Part shown: one piece after another, positions 12,871-25,359 of the stretch
How positions within the stretch are numbered: the stretch's first letter is position 1
Layout: each line of letters opens with the position of its first letter
NCBI RefSeq assembly: GCF_006345805.1
Contig: NC_043017.1
Span: forward strand, 19,282,001 to 19,346,000
DNA: 64,000 nucleotides
Direction of reading: 5' to 3'
Source: Octopus sinensis
Lineage: Eukaryota
Translations under genes and position numbers: made by a program
The notes under the pieces: model-generated
The model's database searches: none
What the model saw: the letters and a program-made list of their open reading frames with translations, nothing else
Told to the model about the DNA's origin: nothing

Positions 12871-13371
12871 AAAACTTAAAATATGGTAATTATTGTAATC
12901 AAATACATAATATAACAAATGTTATAATTTATGTAGCACGAATCATAACATTCTGAGTTCTAATTTTGCCAAAGCCAACTTTGTCTTTCGATCCACAGGG
13001 GTTGATAAAATTGATAAATGTATCAAGTACTGCTGGGATGAATGTAATTGCCTAACCCCACTCATCAAAAATTGCTGGCCTTGTGCCAAAATTAAAAAGA
13101 ATTCTTATTAAGATTGTGAGCTAGCAGAAACGCTTGAGCATGTCAGACAAATGCTGTGTGATATTTGTTCTGGCTCTTTACTTTCTGAGTTCAAATCCAA
13201 CCAAAGGCAGCTTTATCTTTCATCCTTTCAGGATTGATAAAGTACCAGCTGGTATGGTGGGGGGGGGGGGGTCAACAGTATTGACTAACTCCACCCTTCC
13301 ATCAAAATTGCTGATCTTGTGCCTATATCACAAACCGTTTGTTACAGTATTCAAATGCGCAAGGTACAGGC

Positions 13372-14058
13372 ATGACTGTAGTTAAGAAACAGGTTTCCCA
13401 ACCACACAAATTTTGGGTTCAGTCCCACTGCAGGGCACCTTAGATAAGTGTCTTCTACAGTAGTCTCAGGCCAACTAAAGCCTTGTGAGTGGATTTGGTA
13501 GATGGAAACTGAAAGAATTTGGAAGCACTCCGTCGGTTACGACAATGAGGGTTCCGGTTGATCCAAATCAACGGAACAGCCTGCTCGTGAAATTAACGTG
13601 TAAGTGGCTGAGCACTCCACAGACACGTGTACCCTTAATGTAGTTCTCGGGGATATTCAGCTTGACACAGAGAGTGACAAGGCCGGCCCTTTGAAATACA
13701 GGTACAACAGAAACAGGAAGTAAGAGTGAGAGAAAGTTGTGGTGAAAGAGTACAGCAGGGATCACCACCATCCCCTGCCGGAGCCTCGTGGAGCTTTAGG
13801 TGTTTTCGCTCAATAAACACTCACAACACCCGGTCTGGGAATCGAAACCGCGAGTCTGCTGCCCTAACCACTGGGCCATTGCACCTCCACTGAAAGAAGC
13901 CTATCATATATATATATATTTGTGTTTGTCCCCCACCACTGCTTGACAACTGGTGGTGTTTTTAAGTAACAGGCTTAAAGAAACAAGTACTTGGGTGATT
14001 CATTCAAGGCAGTGCCCCAGTGTGGCCACAGTCTAATTATGGAAACAGGTAAAAGACA
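13372..14058 (+). mobile_element. SINE family B interrupted by a family C SINE
   Basis: Family B body resumes at 13890 after TSD CTGAAAGAA. Confidence 0.8.
13518..13889 (-). mobile_element. tRNA-derived SINE family C (young)
   Basis: Head GGAGGTGCAATGGCCCAGTGGTTAGGGCAGC..GGTTTCGATTCCC; 9-bp TSD CTGAAAGAA. Confidence 0.88.
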
Positions 14059-14198
14059 GAAGATATCAAAACATATTTATATAGTTATTGCTCTTGTCTC
14101 TCTTACACCTGCCTCCCTTGTAGCTTGAGGGTTTGTTCTGGCACCCCATCACTACCACCTTTTATCTTCTTACCAGTTATTCTTATATAAAGCAGGGT

Positions 14199-14570
14199 GG
14201 AGGCGCAATGGCCCAGTGGTTAGGGCAGCGGACTCGCGGTTTCGATTCCCAGACCGGGCATTATGAGTGTTTATTGAGCGAAAACACCTAAAGCTTCACA
14301 AGGCTCCTGTAGGGGGTGGTGGTGAACCCTGCTGTACTCTTTCACCGCAACTTTCTCTCACTCTTACTTCCTGTTTCTGTTGTACCTGTATTTCAAAGGG
14401 CCAGCCTTGTCACTCTCTGTGTCACGCTGAATCTCCTCAAGAACTACGTTAAGGGTACACGTGTCTGTGGAATGCTCAGCCACTTGCACGTTAATTCCAC
14501 GAGCAAGCTGTTCCGTTGATCGTATCAGCTAGGACCCTCATTGTCATAACCGACGGAGTGCTCCTAAAAA
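14199..14570 (+). mobile_element. SINE family C (young)
   Basis: Same head; 14-bp TSD ATATAAAGCAGGGT. Confidence 0.9.
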
Positions 14571-14892
14571 ATATAAAGCAGGGTACCTTCCCTGTCTATC
14601 ATACATTTGTTTTTCTACACCTGGCATAAAACCGCCTCCCCTTCTAGAATACTTCCTCCGCTTGGTCGAATAGGCTTTTTTTTTCCTGTCTAGTAAGGTT
14701 ACTCGGTGACCTCACTGGTGCTGGTGACATGAAAAACGCCCACTACACTCTGTAAAGTGGTTGGCATTAGGAAGGGTATCCAGTCATAGAAACCATACCA
14801 AAGCTGACTTCGGAGCTTGATACAGCCCTACAGCTTGCCAGCTCCTATCAAACCATCCAGTCCATGTGGATGTTAATAATCATTTGTACCAA

Positions 14893-15087
14893 AGGCACAA
14901 GGCTGGAAATTTGGCGGGAGGGGGGACTATATCGGACCCAGTGTTTCACTGGTACTTAATTTATCAACCCTGAAAGGATGAAAGGCAAGGTAGACCTCGG
15001 CAGAATTTGAACTCAGAACATAGTGACAGGCGAAATACCCTAAGCATTTCATCAAGTGCACTAACAATTCTGCTAGCTTGCCATCTT
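14893..15087 (-). mobile_element. SINE family A
   Basis: Reverse complement of the family A consensus seen at 408-631. Confidence 0.8.
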
Positions 15088-15146
15088 AACGTGGACGTTA
15101 ATAATGATGACAATGATCCTTTGGTAGTGGTGTCAATAGAATAAGT

Positions 15147-15533
15147 GAGGAAGCACTCCGTCGGTTACGACGATGAGGGTTCCGGTTGATCCAAATCAAC
15201 GGAACAGCCTGCTCGTGAAATTAACGTGTAAGTGGCTGAGCACTCCACAGACACGTGTACCCTCAACATAGTTCTCGGGGGATATTCAGCGTGACACAGA
15301 GAGTGACAAGGCCGGCCCTTTGAAATACAGGTACAACAGAAACAGGAAGTAAGAGTGAGAGAAAGTTGTGGTGAAAGAGTACAGCAGGGATCACCACCAT
15401 CCCCTGCCGGAGCCTCGTGGAGCTTTAGGTGTTTTCGCTCAATAAACACTCACAACACCCGGTCTGGGAATCAAAACCGCGATCCTATGACCGCGAGTCC
15501 GCTGCCCTAACCACTGGGCCATTGCACCTCCAC
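15147..15533 (-). mobile_element. SINE family C (young)
   Basis: Same head; 13-bp TSD CAATAGAATAAGT. Confidence 0.9.
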
Positions 15534-15867
15534 CAATAGAATAAGTACGATGCCAGTCACATTCTAGGAGGATGTTGATGACCTTACATCTGTTAAAAGT
15601 CATTTTATGTGTCAAATTCATGTTTCTACATCACTTCAGTATGCAGCTGACAATGACAGCAGTAATGTATGAGTTGAAGTCTATTGATTCCAAATGCACC
15701 ATCATTAATAACGGTTTGTTGGTAACTTTGCTATGAGGAAAAAATCTTGGTGTTTGGACACAAAACCAGTACACGGAAAAATCAAAAAACCATTTTCACT
15801 AGATATTTTCATAGCAACCAAAATCTGATTTTAGCTTTACATATGTTAGTATTTTGCATGTATGTGT

Positions 15868-15894
15868 ATGTGTATATATATATATATTTATATA

Positions 15895-15927
<33 letters not shown>

Positions 15928-15933
15928 TTATTT

Positions 15934-16010
<77 letters not shown>

Positions 16011-16206
16011 TTATATATATATATATATATATTATTTATTATATATATATATATATATTTATTTATTTATATATATATATAATATATATTATATATTTAT
16101 TTATATATATATATATATATATTATATATTTATATATATATTTATATATATATTTATATTATATATAATATATATTTATATATATATATATATATTTATA
16201 TATATA
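15868..16206. repeat. Interrupted (TA)n tract
   Basis: About 340 bp of pure A/T with TATTTA interruptions. Confidence 0.95.
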
Positions 16207-17022
16207 AAATCAAATGATGTGTACATGTCTGTGTATGTTTGCTTTAATGTCTTAGCATCTCCCCATCCCCTACCACTGCATGTCATTCTGAATATAACTC
16301 GGTAAACAAATGCTTTCATTTTCCTTTATGATTTCTGAGTGGTCAACGTTTGACAAACACTTAATCAATGGTGAAAATGAAGATGCAAAACAGGAAAATC
16401 AATAAGTCACCTTGTAATTAAACCAAGTTACCTGACCGTTAAAGTAAAAGACTTTCTTTTGATGGATGTGTATATTTTAGCAGTTATTTCGTAAAAAGAA
16501 AACAATGGTAATGGCTTCAGGTTCAGCTAGACAGCAGGTCACCTTGCCCGAGAGTCAAGTGTTTTGTACTATAGTTCCTGGACTGACCAAAGCCTTGTGA
16601 GTTGATTTGGTTGATGGAAACTGAAAGAAGCCCATCGTGTGTGTACTTGTGTGTCTGTGTGTGCTTGTATGTGAGGCATGTGGCTTAGTGGTTAGGGTGC
16701 TGGACTTGTGATTGTAAGATCATAGTTTGTGACCCCCTTGCTTGGCAACTGGTGTTAGTTTGTTTATGTCCCCATAACCTAGCAGTTCAGCCAAAATGGA
16801 CTGACAGTTGTAAAGACACTCTCAAGAGAGCTGAACAGCAGAACGTCTCAGCCCTCCATCATTAGAAGGGAATTTCTTTCCATGGACAGTGGTATTGGCA
16901 CAGGATTTTTGAAGGTCAGTCCTCTCCACCAGGGTGACCAGTCTTAATACTTCTGCTGTGGAATACAGGTCTTCTTAAGTACAGCAAGGTACCAGGCATC
17001 TTGGTCCTTGGTCAAAATAATG

Positions 17023-17116
17023 TGCCCCAGGTGAGGGTTGAACTCACAGCCTTCAGATTCCTCTTTATAATTACTTGATTTTGAGACTGACATGCTGCCG
17101 ATTGTGCTTCTGAATG
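17023..17116 (-). pseudogene. Decayed intron-containing tRNA gene, elongator tRNA-Met scaffold, anticodon now CAA
   Basis: Minus strand reads CATTCAG-AA-GCAC-AATCGGCA-GCAT-G-TCAGT-CTCAAA-[21 nt]-A-TCTGA-AGGCT-GTGAG-TTCAACC-CTCAC-CTGGGGC-A, i.e. 73+21 nt. T arm is perfect, anticodon stem is Met-type TCAGT/TCTGA, and TTTT lies 5 nt downstream. D stem and acceptor stem are damaged, partly by CpG-type changes. Confidence 0.75.
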
Positions 17117-18489
17117 TATATGATGGGTTTAGTTTCAGTATCCATCTACCAAATCCACTCACAAGGCTTTGGTTGGCTTGAGACTGTGGTAGAAAACCCT
17201 TGCCCAAGGTACCGTGCAGTGGAACTGAAGTGAAAAGCATGTGGTTGGGAAACAGGCTTCTTACCACACAGCCACACCTGTGCCTTGTCGTTGACATCAC
17301 TTGATGTTGTTGGTAATGATTTAGCCAGGCCGTTTACTCTTCTTAACCATTTTCGATTTCTTTGATATTCTTCTCTGCTTAAAAGACTAATTCTTTGGTG
17401 TTTACTTTAAAGAGATGTTTCCTAGAAACTGCCATCTTGGTAATTCTGTTGTGTAATATTCTCAGCTGCTTCTTATAAAACATCTTATCTCTTGGAAACT
17501 CAATATTTTTGAAAAGTTTTATTTTTGAACAAAACAAAGAATTTAGTAAAATGTTATTTCTTGGAACTTAGAAATTTTGAGGAAAATATATTTTGGCCAA
17601 AAGTTTTACCGAAACTTTTTGAGAGTTTTTTTGAAAATAATTTTTTTTATTAGAAAATCAAAATGCCAATGAAATGTATTTTGTACCTATTTGTGGCAGT
17701 GTGGAAAGAGGTTAAGAAATTTGCATCCAGGCCTCCTGGTTCTGGGTTCTGTACCATAGATGTAAATATAGATACTTTTTTTTCAAAGACATATTCACTG
17801 TTCACTTCTTGAGCATATTCTGTGTACTGTTCATGTAGATTTGGTCCCTTTTTCTGAAGAGTTGTTGTGCCCCTGAGCGCTGTATACAATAAATTCATTA
17901 TTCATCAATCCAAGTGAAATTGTAGTTGTGGCCATTGCCAGTCATGTGAAAAGCACCTGTGAAATTGTAATCATGGCTGTTGCTGGTAGCGCGATCTTCA
18001 AATGTTGAGCCTCACAGAGGCAATGACAAGTGACCGAGACCTTTGGTGATTTACTGTGCTTGAGAAGACACGGCAAGCCAAGTGAAACCATAGTCATGGT
18101 TGTCGCCAATGTCCTATAAATGGCACCTGAGAAATCATTGCTGGTGTTGTGCAAAGGACACCCATGCCGGTGGCACATAAAAAGTACCCACTGCACTATT
18201 GGAGTGATTGGCATTAGGAAGGGCATCCAGCAGTAAAAACCATGCCATGTCAGACTGGACCTGGTGCAGCTTACCAGTTTTCAGTCCAACTGTCCAACCC
18301 TTGCCAGCATGGAAAGAAGACGTTAAACGATGACGATAATATCTCACAGTATTGACCAGACCATCTGGTGCTGTTATACACCACTGGTTGCAATGCACTT
18401 CCAATTCTTTTCCATCTTGACCTAAATTGTCTTCCCATTGTTGTGGAGGCCTTCTAAGTGGCCTTTCCCAATCTCATGGATAGCACTCG

Positions 18490-18880
18490 TCAACTGCTAA
18501 AACAATATCTATCTGTCTCAAAATCGAAATCGATCAACATCAATGGAAATTGTAGCTGTGATACCAGTGCCGGTGGCACATAAGAGAACCATCCAAACGT
18601 GGCCGTTGCCAGCGCCGCCCCGACTGGCCTCCGTGCCGGTGGCACGTGAAAAGCACCATCCAATTGTAGCCGTTGCCAGCCTCGTCTGGCACCTGTGCAG
18701 GTGGCACGTAAAAAGCACCCACTACACTCACAGTGGTTGGCGTTAGGAAGGGGATCCAGCTGTAGAAACACTGCCAGATCAGACTGGGCCTGGCACAGCC
18801 TACTGGCTTCCCAGACCCCAGTTGAACCGTCCAACCCATGCTAGCATGGAAAACGGACATTAAACGATGATGATGATGAT
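18490..18880 (+). mobile_element. RTE-clade LINE 3' UTR copy
   Basis: GTGCCGGTGGCAC modules, then GGCGTTAGGAAGGG..CCAGCTGTAGAAAC..GGACATTAAACGATGATGAT tail. Confidence 0.8.
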
Positions 18881-18904
18881 ATATATATATGTGTATATAT
18901 ATGT

Positions 18905-19127
18905 CTTCGAAACATATGTCGAAAGTAAAAGAATTTGAATAACGTGTGTTCAACTCCATTTATTTACTTATACTATACAAATTACTGCACATTAGCCCGG
19001 AGTTTCTACCTTTGAATAGGTCGCTACATCCTTGTTACTTGCGTAAATTTTGCTACCCTGGTAACCGTTTATTGAATTTTCCATGTTAACAGTAAACAAA
19101 GGATAATTCATTCATCCATTTACATTT
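18905..19127 (+). mobile_element. Family F6 element, 5'-truncated inside a hammerhead motif
   Basis: Starts TTC-GAAAC-ATAT-GTC (palindrome ACATATGT, GUC site, 18909-18920) directly after a TA-rich tract. The ~200-nt tail ends in (TA)n. Confidence 0.42.
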
Positions 19128-19138
19128 ATATATATATA

Positions 19139-19524
19139 CTAGCAGTATCGCCCGGCGTTGCTCAGGTTTGTAAGGGAAATAACTATAAAGCATTTTTAGA
19201 GAGTTATAGCCAAAAAATAGAAAAAAAAATGGAAAAAAATGATGGTAAATTTTTTTTTGAGATTTAAAAAAAGTGGAGTTGCGTCCCCTAGACAGTTTGT
19301 GGTTCGTATTTCTGATTCTCGACCCCATGTCGAATTTATCGATTTTTTTCAGAACTGGGGGAACTTTTCAAAATTTTCGCTGCGTTAGTTTTGAATTATG
19401 ACATTGGGCTATGTGTGTGTCAAGTTTCATCAGAATCGGTTGAAAGCCGTGGTCAGGGTGAGGGTACAAGCAAACAGACACACAGAAACACGCACAGACA
19501 AACTGCCGTTTATATAGAGAGAGA
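19139..19524 (-). mobile_element. Non-autonomous Helitron
   Basis: Minus strand begins TC(TCTCTCTATATAAAC...) and ends CCTGAGCAACGCCGGG-CGATACTG-CTAG. Inserted between A and T in a TA tract, no TSD. Confidence 0.8.
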
Positions 19525-20634
19525 TATATAAAGCCAACGCATTTTCTATATCTCAATACAAGGTTATTAGATCAGAGTGAATTGTTACAATCTTATCTAC
19601 AATAATTCATTCTAGATAAGAGTTGGCCTTAATGTTTGTTTATCTTTTGTTATTTATTTCCTATAAACAAATATAGCTCTGAAGTCATCATTTATTACGA
19701 TAAGAGACATGAGAACTTTTTGGTAAAATCGTCAGAAGCAGCAGCTGACTGAACCAAAAGAATGAAATGTCTTGTATTGTTTGGCTTTAAATATTCTTCA
19801 CTGGAATTATATAATCAAAGGCTTTCAGTGTTGGATTTGATCAGTTGTTCTCAACTGGGTTCCATATGACCTCTTAGGGCTCATATAACCTTTGGGGGTC
19901 CTTACAAGATTTTTGTCCACAACAGTATTTTATGGATCCATGAAACACTTTTGCTTTAGATGATTCTGTTGCAAGAAACAGGTTTTTTTCTCTGAGGTTT
20001 TAGATAGGAACCAAGCTTTCACTATGGGAAGCACTAAACTAATCCATCTCAGAGTGTTTGATGCTGTTTTGTCCAATGATCACCCCTGACCTAACCAAAT
20101 AGACTCCCTGTAAATTAGTGAATTTAATTATGTTGTTTAGGCCAGGCTCAGCTCCTATTCAAACAGACCCCCTGTAAATTATTGGGTTTAATGCTGTTAT
20201 TTAGGCCCAGCTCAGCCTCTGATCTCACTCCTCTTTTATGAGGGGATGGTCAATGCTGGCACTTAATTCTAGGTTAGTGACAAAGCAAAACTCTGATGGT
20301 TTAATCACTTGTTCACACATACACACAACACACATATGCTTACTGACACACAATCACACACACACACACACTCATGCTCAACTCTCACACACGCTCACTC
20401 TCATACACACTCATTTTCTTTCTCTCTCTGACACATTCATACATACACACAAACACACACAACAAATATAAACTCAACTGCTTGTAGAAACATATGCTGA
20501 GCTGCCTTCTTGCTTTCGCTCCTGTGCAACTGTCACTTTGTCAGTTATGATGGTGAGGGTTCCGGTCGATTCGATCAATGAAACAATCTGTTCATGAACT
20601 TAGCGTGCAAGGGGCTGAGTAATCCACAGACATC

Positions 20635-20890
20635 ATCATCATCATCGTTTAGCGTCCACTTTCCATGCTGGCATGGGTTGGACGATGCAACTGGGGTCTA
20701 GGAAGCCAGAAGGCTGCACCAGGCCCAGTCTGATCTGGCAATGTTTCTATGGCTGGATGCCCTTCTTAACGCCAACCACTCCATGAGTGTAGTGGGTGCT
20801 TTTTACGTGCCACCAGCACAGGTGCCAGACGAGGCTGTCAAATGGCCACGATTGGATGGTGCTTTTTACGTGCCACCGGCACGGAGGCCA
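20635..20890 (-). mobile_element. RTE-clade LINE 3' UTR copy
   Basis: Reverse complement of the same UTR, starting with a (CAT)n tail. Confidence 0.8.
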
Positions 20891-21169
20891 GGCGAGACCC
20901 TTAATGTTGTCCTCAGGCTGATACAGTGTGACACAGAGTGTGACGAGGCCGACCTCTTTGAATTACAGGTACAACTCATTTTTGCTAGCTGAGTGGACTG
21001 GAGTAATATGAAATAAAGTGTCTTGCCCAAGAAACACAATGTGCCACCAGGAATTGAACTCATGACCTTAGAACCACGAGTCAAATAGTTTAATCACCAA
21101 TCTACACACCATCACAAATTGACACAGGCACCCTCATGGCTGTTTTGTCCTTGGCTCCAGAGGAATATA

Positions 21170-21375
21170 TATTTCTTTACTACCCACAAGGAGCTAAACA
21201 TAGAGGGGACAAACAAGGACAGACAAACAATATCGACCCCAGTGCGTAACTAGTACTTAATTTATTGACCCCGAAAGAATGAAAGGCAAAGTCGACCTCG
21301 GCGGAATTTGAACTCAGAACATAATGGCAGACGAAATACGGCTACGCATTTCACCTGGCGTGCTAACGTTTCTAC
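21170..21375 (-). mobile_element. SINE family A with 13-bp TSD
   Basis: TSD CCAGAGGAATATA on both sides. Confidence 0.87.
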
Positions 21376-21559
21376 CAGAGGAATATAGGAGATATCACCA
21401 TTAGAGAGAGAGACAAGGAAAGTACCAGTAATTGGCTGGTGTTTATTTACAGCTCAGCAGAATGGAGAAATATGAAATGAAGTGCCTTCCACAAGGATGC
21501 AGCATGTTGTCTGGAGCAGAAATCGAACCTATGATGTTATGATTGATAGCCCAACACCC

Positions 21560-22490
21560 TAACCACAAGGCCATGTGACCCTTCCAACAAAACATAAACA
21601 TATGCTCACATGAACACACATCAGAATACACACGTTCACATGCAACACACACACACACACACACACACATAAAAATACACAAATATCCATACACGCATAC
21701 TAGCACAGACACATTCACACACGCATGCATACAAACATAAACACACATACAAACATACGCTTAAACACAAACTCACACAAACATACATGCATGTATGCAC
21801 ACATGCAAATGCACACCAACACACATTCAAACGTGCACATGTGTGCACACACACAGACATACACACACGTACAAACACATTCAAACATGTGCACATGCAT
21901 GCACACACACACACACACACACATATAGACACATACAAACACATTCAAACACATGCACACTCACACATACACATATTCAAACACACGTGCATGCACACAC
22001 ATACACATTCAAACACACATGTGCATGCACACACACACACATACACATTCAAACACACACACATGTGCATGCACACACATACACATTCAAACACACACAC
22101 ATGTGCATGCACACACACACACATACACATTCAAACACACGTGCATGCACACACACACACATACACATTCAAACACACACACATGTGCATGCACACACAT
22201 ACACATTCAAACACACACACATGTGCATGCACACACACACACATACACATTCAAACACACGTGCATGCACACACACACATACACATTCAAACACACACAC
22301 ATGTGCATGCACACACACACACATACACATTCAAACACACGTGCATGCACACACACACACATACACATTCAAACACACGTGCACATACATTCAAACACAC
22401 ATGTGCATGCACACACACACATACACATTCAAACACACGTGCATGCACACACACACATACACATTCAAACACACACACACACACACACAC
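21560..22490. repeat. (CA)-based compound minisatellite
   Basis: About 13 units of 22-44 bp, AAACAC..ATGTGCATGCACAC..ATACACATTC, at 21975-22465 within a longer CA-rich tract. Confidence 0.93.
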
Positions 22491-22583
22491 ATTGAGGTCT
22501 TGTTTCTTACAACCAATATGTCACTTCTGCTTTTCCTCGTTATCCTTGCCTCGTTTATTTCCATTAGCTCAGTCTAAGTATTT

Positions 22584-22866
22584 GTCATCATCATCATCAT
22601 CATAGTTGTCATTGTCATCAATATCATCATTTCCACCTTCACCATCACCACCATGCTCTTCATTCCCACCACCACTGCCACTGCTGTTACTACTACCACC
22701 ACCACCACCACCACCAGAACCTTTGTTCTCACTGCCACCACCACCACAACGGTTGCTGCTACAACCACCACTGTGCATCCACTCCCACCACCACCACCAC
22801 TACTACCTTTGCTACTGTTACACTGTTGCTACCACCACCACCATGTCACTACTATCATCATCATCA
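22584..22866. repeat. (CAT/CAC/CTA)n trinucleotide low-complexity tract
   Basis: Direct reading. Confidence 0.88.
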
Positions 22867-23023
22867 TGTACATTAAAAAGTTATACCCAACCATATCAGT
22901 GGTTCTCAACTATATTTTACCCCTGGACCCCTTTGATTTCTATTTTATGTGGGGAGAGGGAGAAGGAACCCTCGTAGCCATTGAATGTCTAAAATCTCCT
23001 GTTTTAACAATTAAATGTTATTA

Positions 23024-23232
23024 GCTGGCAGAAACGTTAGCAGCAGGGAAAAATGCTTAACGGTATTTTGCCTGCCGTTATGTTCTGAGTTCAAATTCCG
23101 CCGAGGTCGACTTTGCCTTTCATCTTTTTGGAGGTCAATTAAATAACTACCAATTATGCACTGGGGTCAGTGTAATTGACTTAATCCCTCTGTCCTTGTC
23201 TATGTTTAGCCCCCTGTGGAAAATAAACAAAT
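23024..23232 (+). mobile_element. SINE family A
   Basis: Head AGCTGGCAGAAACGTTAGC and B-box GAGTTCAAATTCC. Confidence 0.8.
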
Positions 23233-23830
23233 ATTTTGTATATTGCAGAGGAATAACTAGTTTATTGCAAATTAAATTTTCACAGCAAAATCTTATATAG
23301 ATCCCTAAGAGCCACATTTAGGTCTGCCACATATGACCCACTTAGGGTCATAAGGACCTCAATTGAGAACTGCTGATCTATAATTTGGAATTATTTCCTC
23401 TAGATATACAATGTCACAAATTTTGTTGAAGAAAGGGACAGTTTACTATATCAACCCCACAATAATCAACCTTTATCTTTTTCTTTTTGTGGGGTCAATG
23501 AAATAAAGGGCCAGTCAGATATTGAGAGACATTTTAATATTCCTGTTAAGTGTTCTGGAAGTGAAGAAATTTTAAGGACAGACGTGGCTGTGTGTTTTAA
23601 GAAGTTTGCTTTCCAACTACATGGCTTTGGGTTCAATCTCCCTATGTGGTACTTTGGCAGATGTCTTTCACTATAGCCCTGGAATTTTAATAGAAGGTTA
23701 ACCCCTTTCACTGTGGATATGAGATATATCCACTCAAAATGTTGTTAGTCTAATTGCAGAAAGGCAACTGTATGTACCATTCCATCTTTTGTTTGAGAAT
23801 GTCATGCTTGAAATTATTTAATTTTTGTCG

Positions 23831-25177
23831 AGATATGTCAAGTTTATTGAGGCAGTGTTGTTCACAGAAAATACCAATTCTATTTTTGGTAGATATCAAA
23901 CATCATTACACGTTGTAAAGTGTTTGGCATTAGAAAAGGGCATATTTCCGTAGAAACCAAAGCCAAACAGACTATGGAACCAGATGTGGCCCTGGCCTTG
24001 CTATCCAACCCGTGTCAGCATGGAAAACAAATATTAAGTGATAACGCAGATGATTACCGGAATAACCAAGAAATTTAATTTTGCAATTAAAGGGTTGACA
24101 AAAAGAATAAGATTAACCATTTTTGGCTGTGTGGTAAGTAGCTTGCTTACCAACCACATGGTTCCGGGTTCAGTCCCATTGCGTGGCATCTTGGGCAAGG
24201 GTCTTCTACTATAGCCTCGGGCCAACCAAAGCCTTGTGAGTGGATTTGGTAGACGGAAACTGAAAGAAGCCATCGTATATATGTATATATGTGTGTGTAT
24301 GTTTGTGTGTCTGTGTTTGTCCCCCTAGCATTGCTTGACAACCAATGCTGGTGTGTTTACGTCTCCATCACTTAGCGGTTCAGCAAAAGAGAGCGATAGA
24401 ATAAGTACTGGGCTTACAAAGAATAAGTCCCGGGGTCGATTTGTTCGACTAAAGGGCGGTGCTCCAGCATGGCCGCAGTCAAATGACTGAAACAAGTAAA
24501 AGAGAAAGAGAAAGATATGTCAAGTTCATTGAGGCAGTGTTGTTCACAGAAAATACCAATTCTATTTTTGGTAGATATCAAACATCATTACACTCTGTAA
24601 AGTGTTTGGCATTAGGAAGGGCATATTTCTGTAGAAACCAAAGCCAAACAGACTATGGAACCAGATGTGGCCCTGGCCTTGCTATCCAACCCGTGTCAGC
24701 ATGGAAAACAAATATTAAGTGATAACGCAGATGATTACCGGAATAACCAAGAAATTTAATTTTGCAATTAAAGGGTTGACAAAAAGAATAAGATTAACCA
24801 TTTTTGGCTGTGTGGTAAGTAGCTTGCTTACCAACCACATGGTTCCGGGTTCAGTCCCATTGCGTGGCATCTTGGGCAAGTGTCTTCTACTATAGCCTCA
24901 GGCCGACCAAAGCCTTGTGAGTGGATTTGGCAGACGGAAACTGAAAGAAGCCCGTCGTATATATGTGTGCGTATGTTTGTGTGTCTGTGTTTGTCTCCCT
25001 AGCATTGCTTGACAACCGATGCTGGTGTGTTTACGTCTCCGTTACTTAGAGGTTCAACAAAAGAGCGATAGAATAAGTACTGGGCTTACAAAGAATAAGT
25101 CCTGGGGTCGATTTGTTTGACTAAAAGGCGGTGCTCCAGCATGGCCGCAGTCAAATGACTGAAACAAGTAAAAGAGT
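23831..25177 (+). repeat. Tandem duplication of a ~682-bp unit (flank plus SINE family B)
   Basis: 23831-24512 versus 24513-25177; SINEs at 24125-24512 and 24806-25177. Confidence 0.9.
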
Positions 25178-25359
25178 AATATAATGAACTTATTGTTTCC
25201 AGTGATCAGGTGCCCAAACAGGTGTACTTCTGTAGAAATACACGACCATTGTTTGAATAATTTTTTAAAAAATGAAGAATTTAATAAAATAACTTCCTCG
25301 TTATTAATCCAGTGTTTGGAACACCATTTTTGCATGAAATTTTGATGGAAGGTTTTAAT

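Noticed and set aside
13519-15533. Repeated ORFs MFIERKHLKL... and MVV.PAVLFH...
   Set aside because: Incidental frames of three copies of one SINE; the tRNA heads are SINE promoters, not tRNA genes.
19729-19745. CTGACGA on the minus strand
   Set aside because: No helix II or GAAA downstream.
21787-22605. 272-aa and 260-aa His/Thr-rich ORFs
   Set aside because: Translations of a (CA)-based minisatellite.
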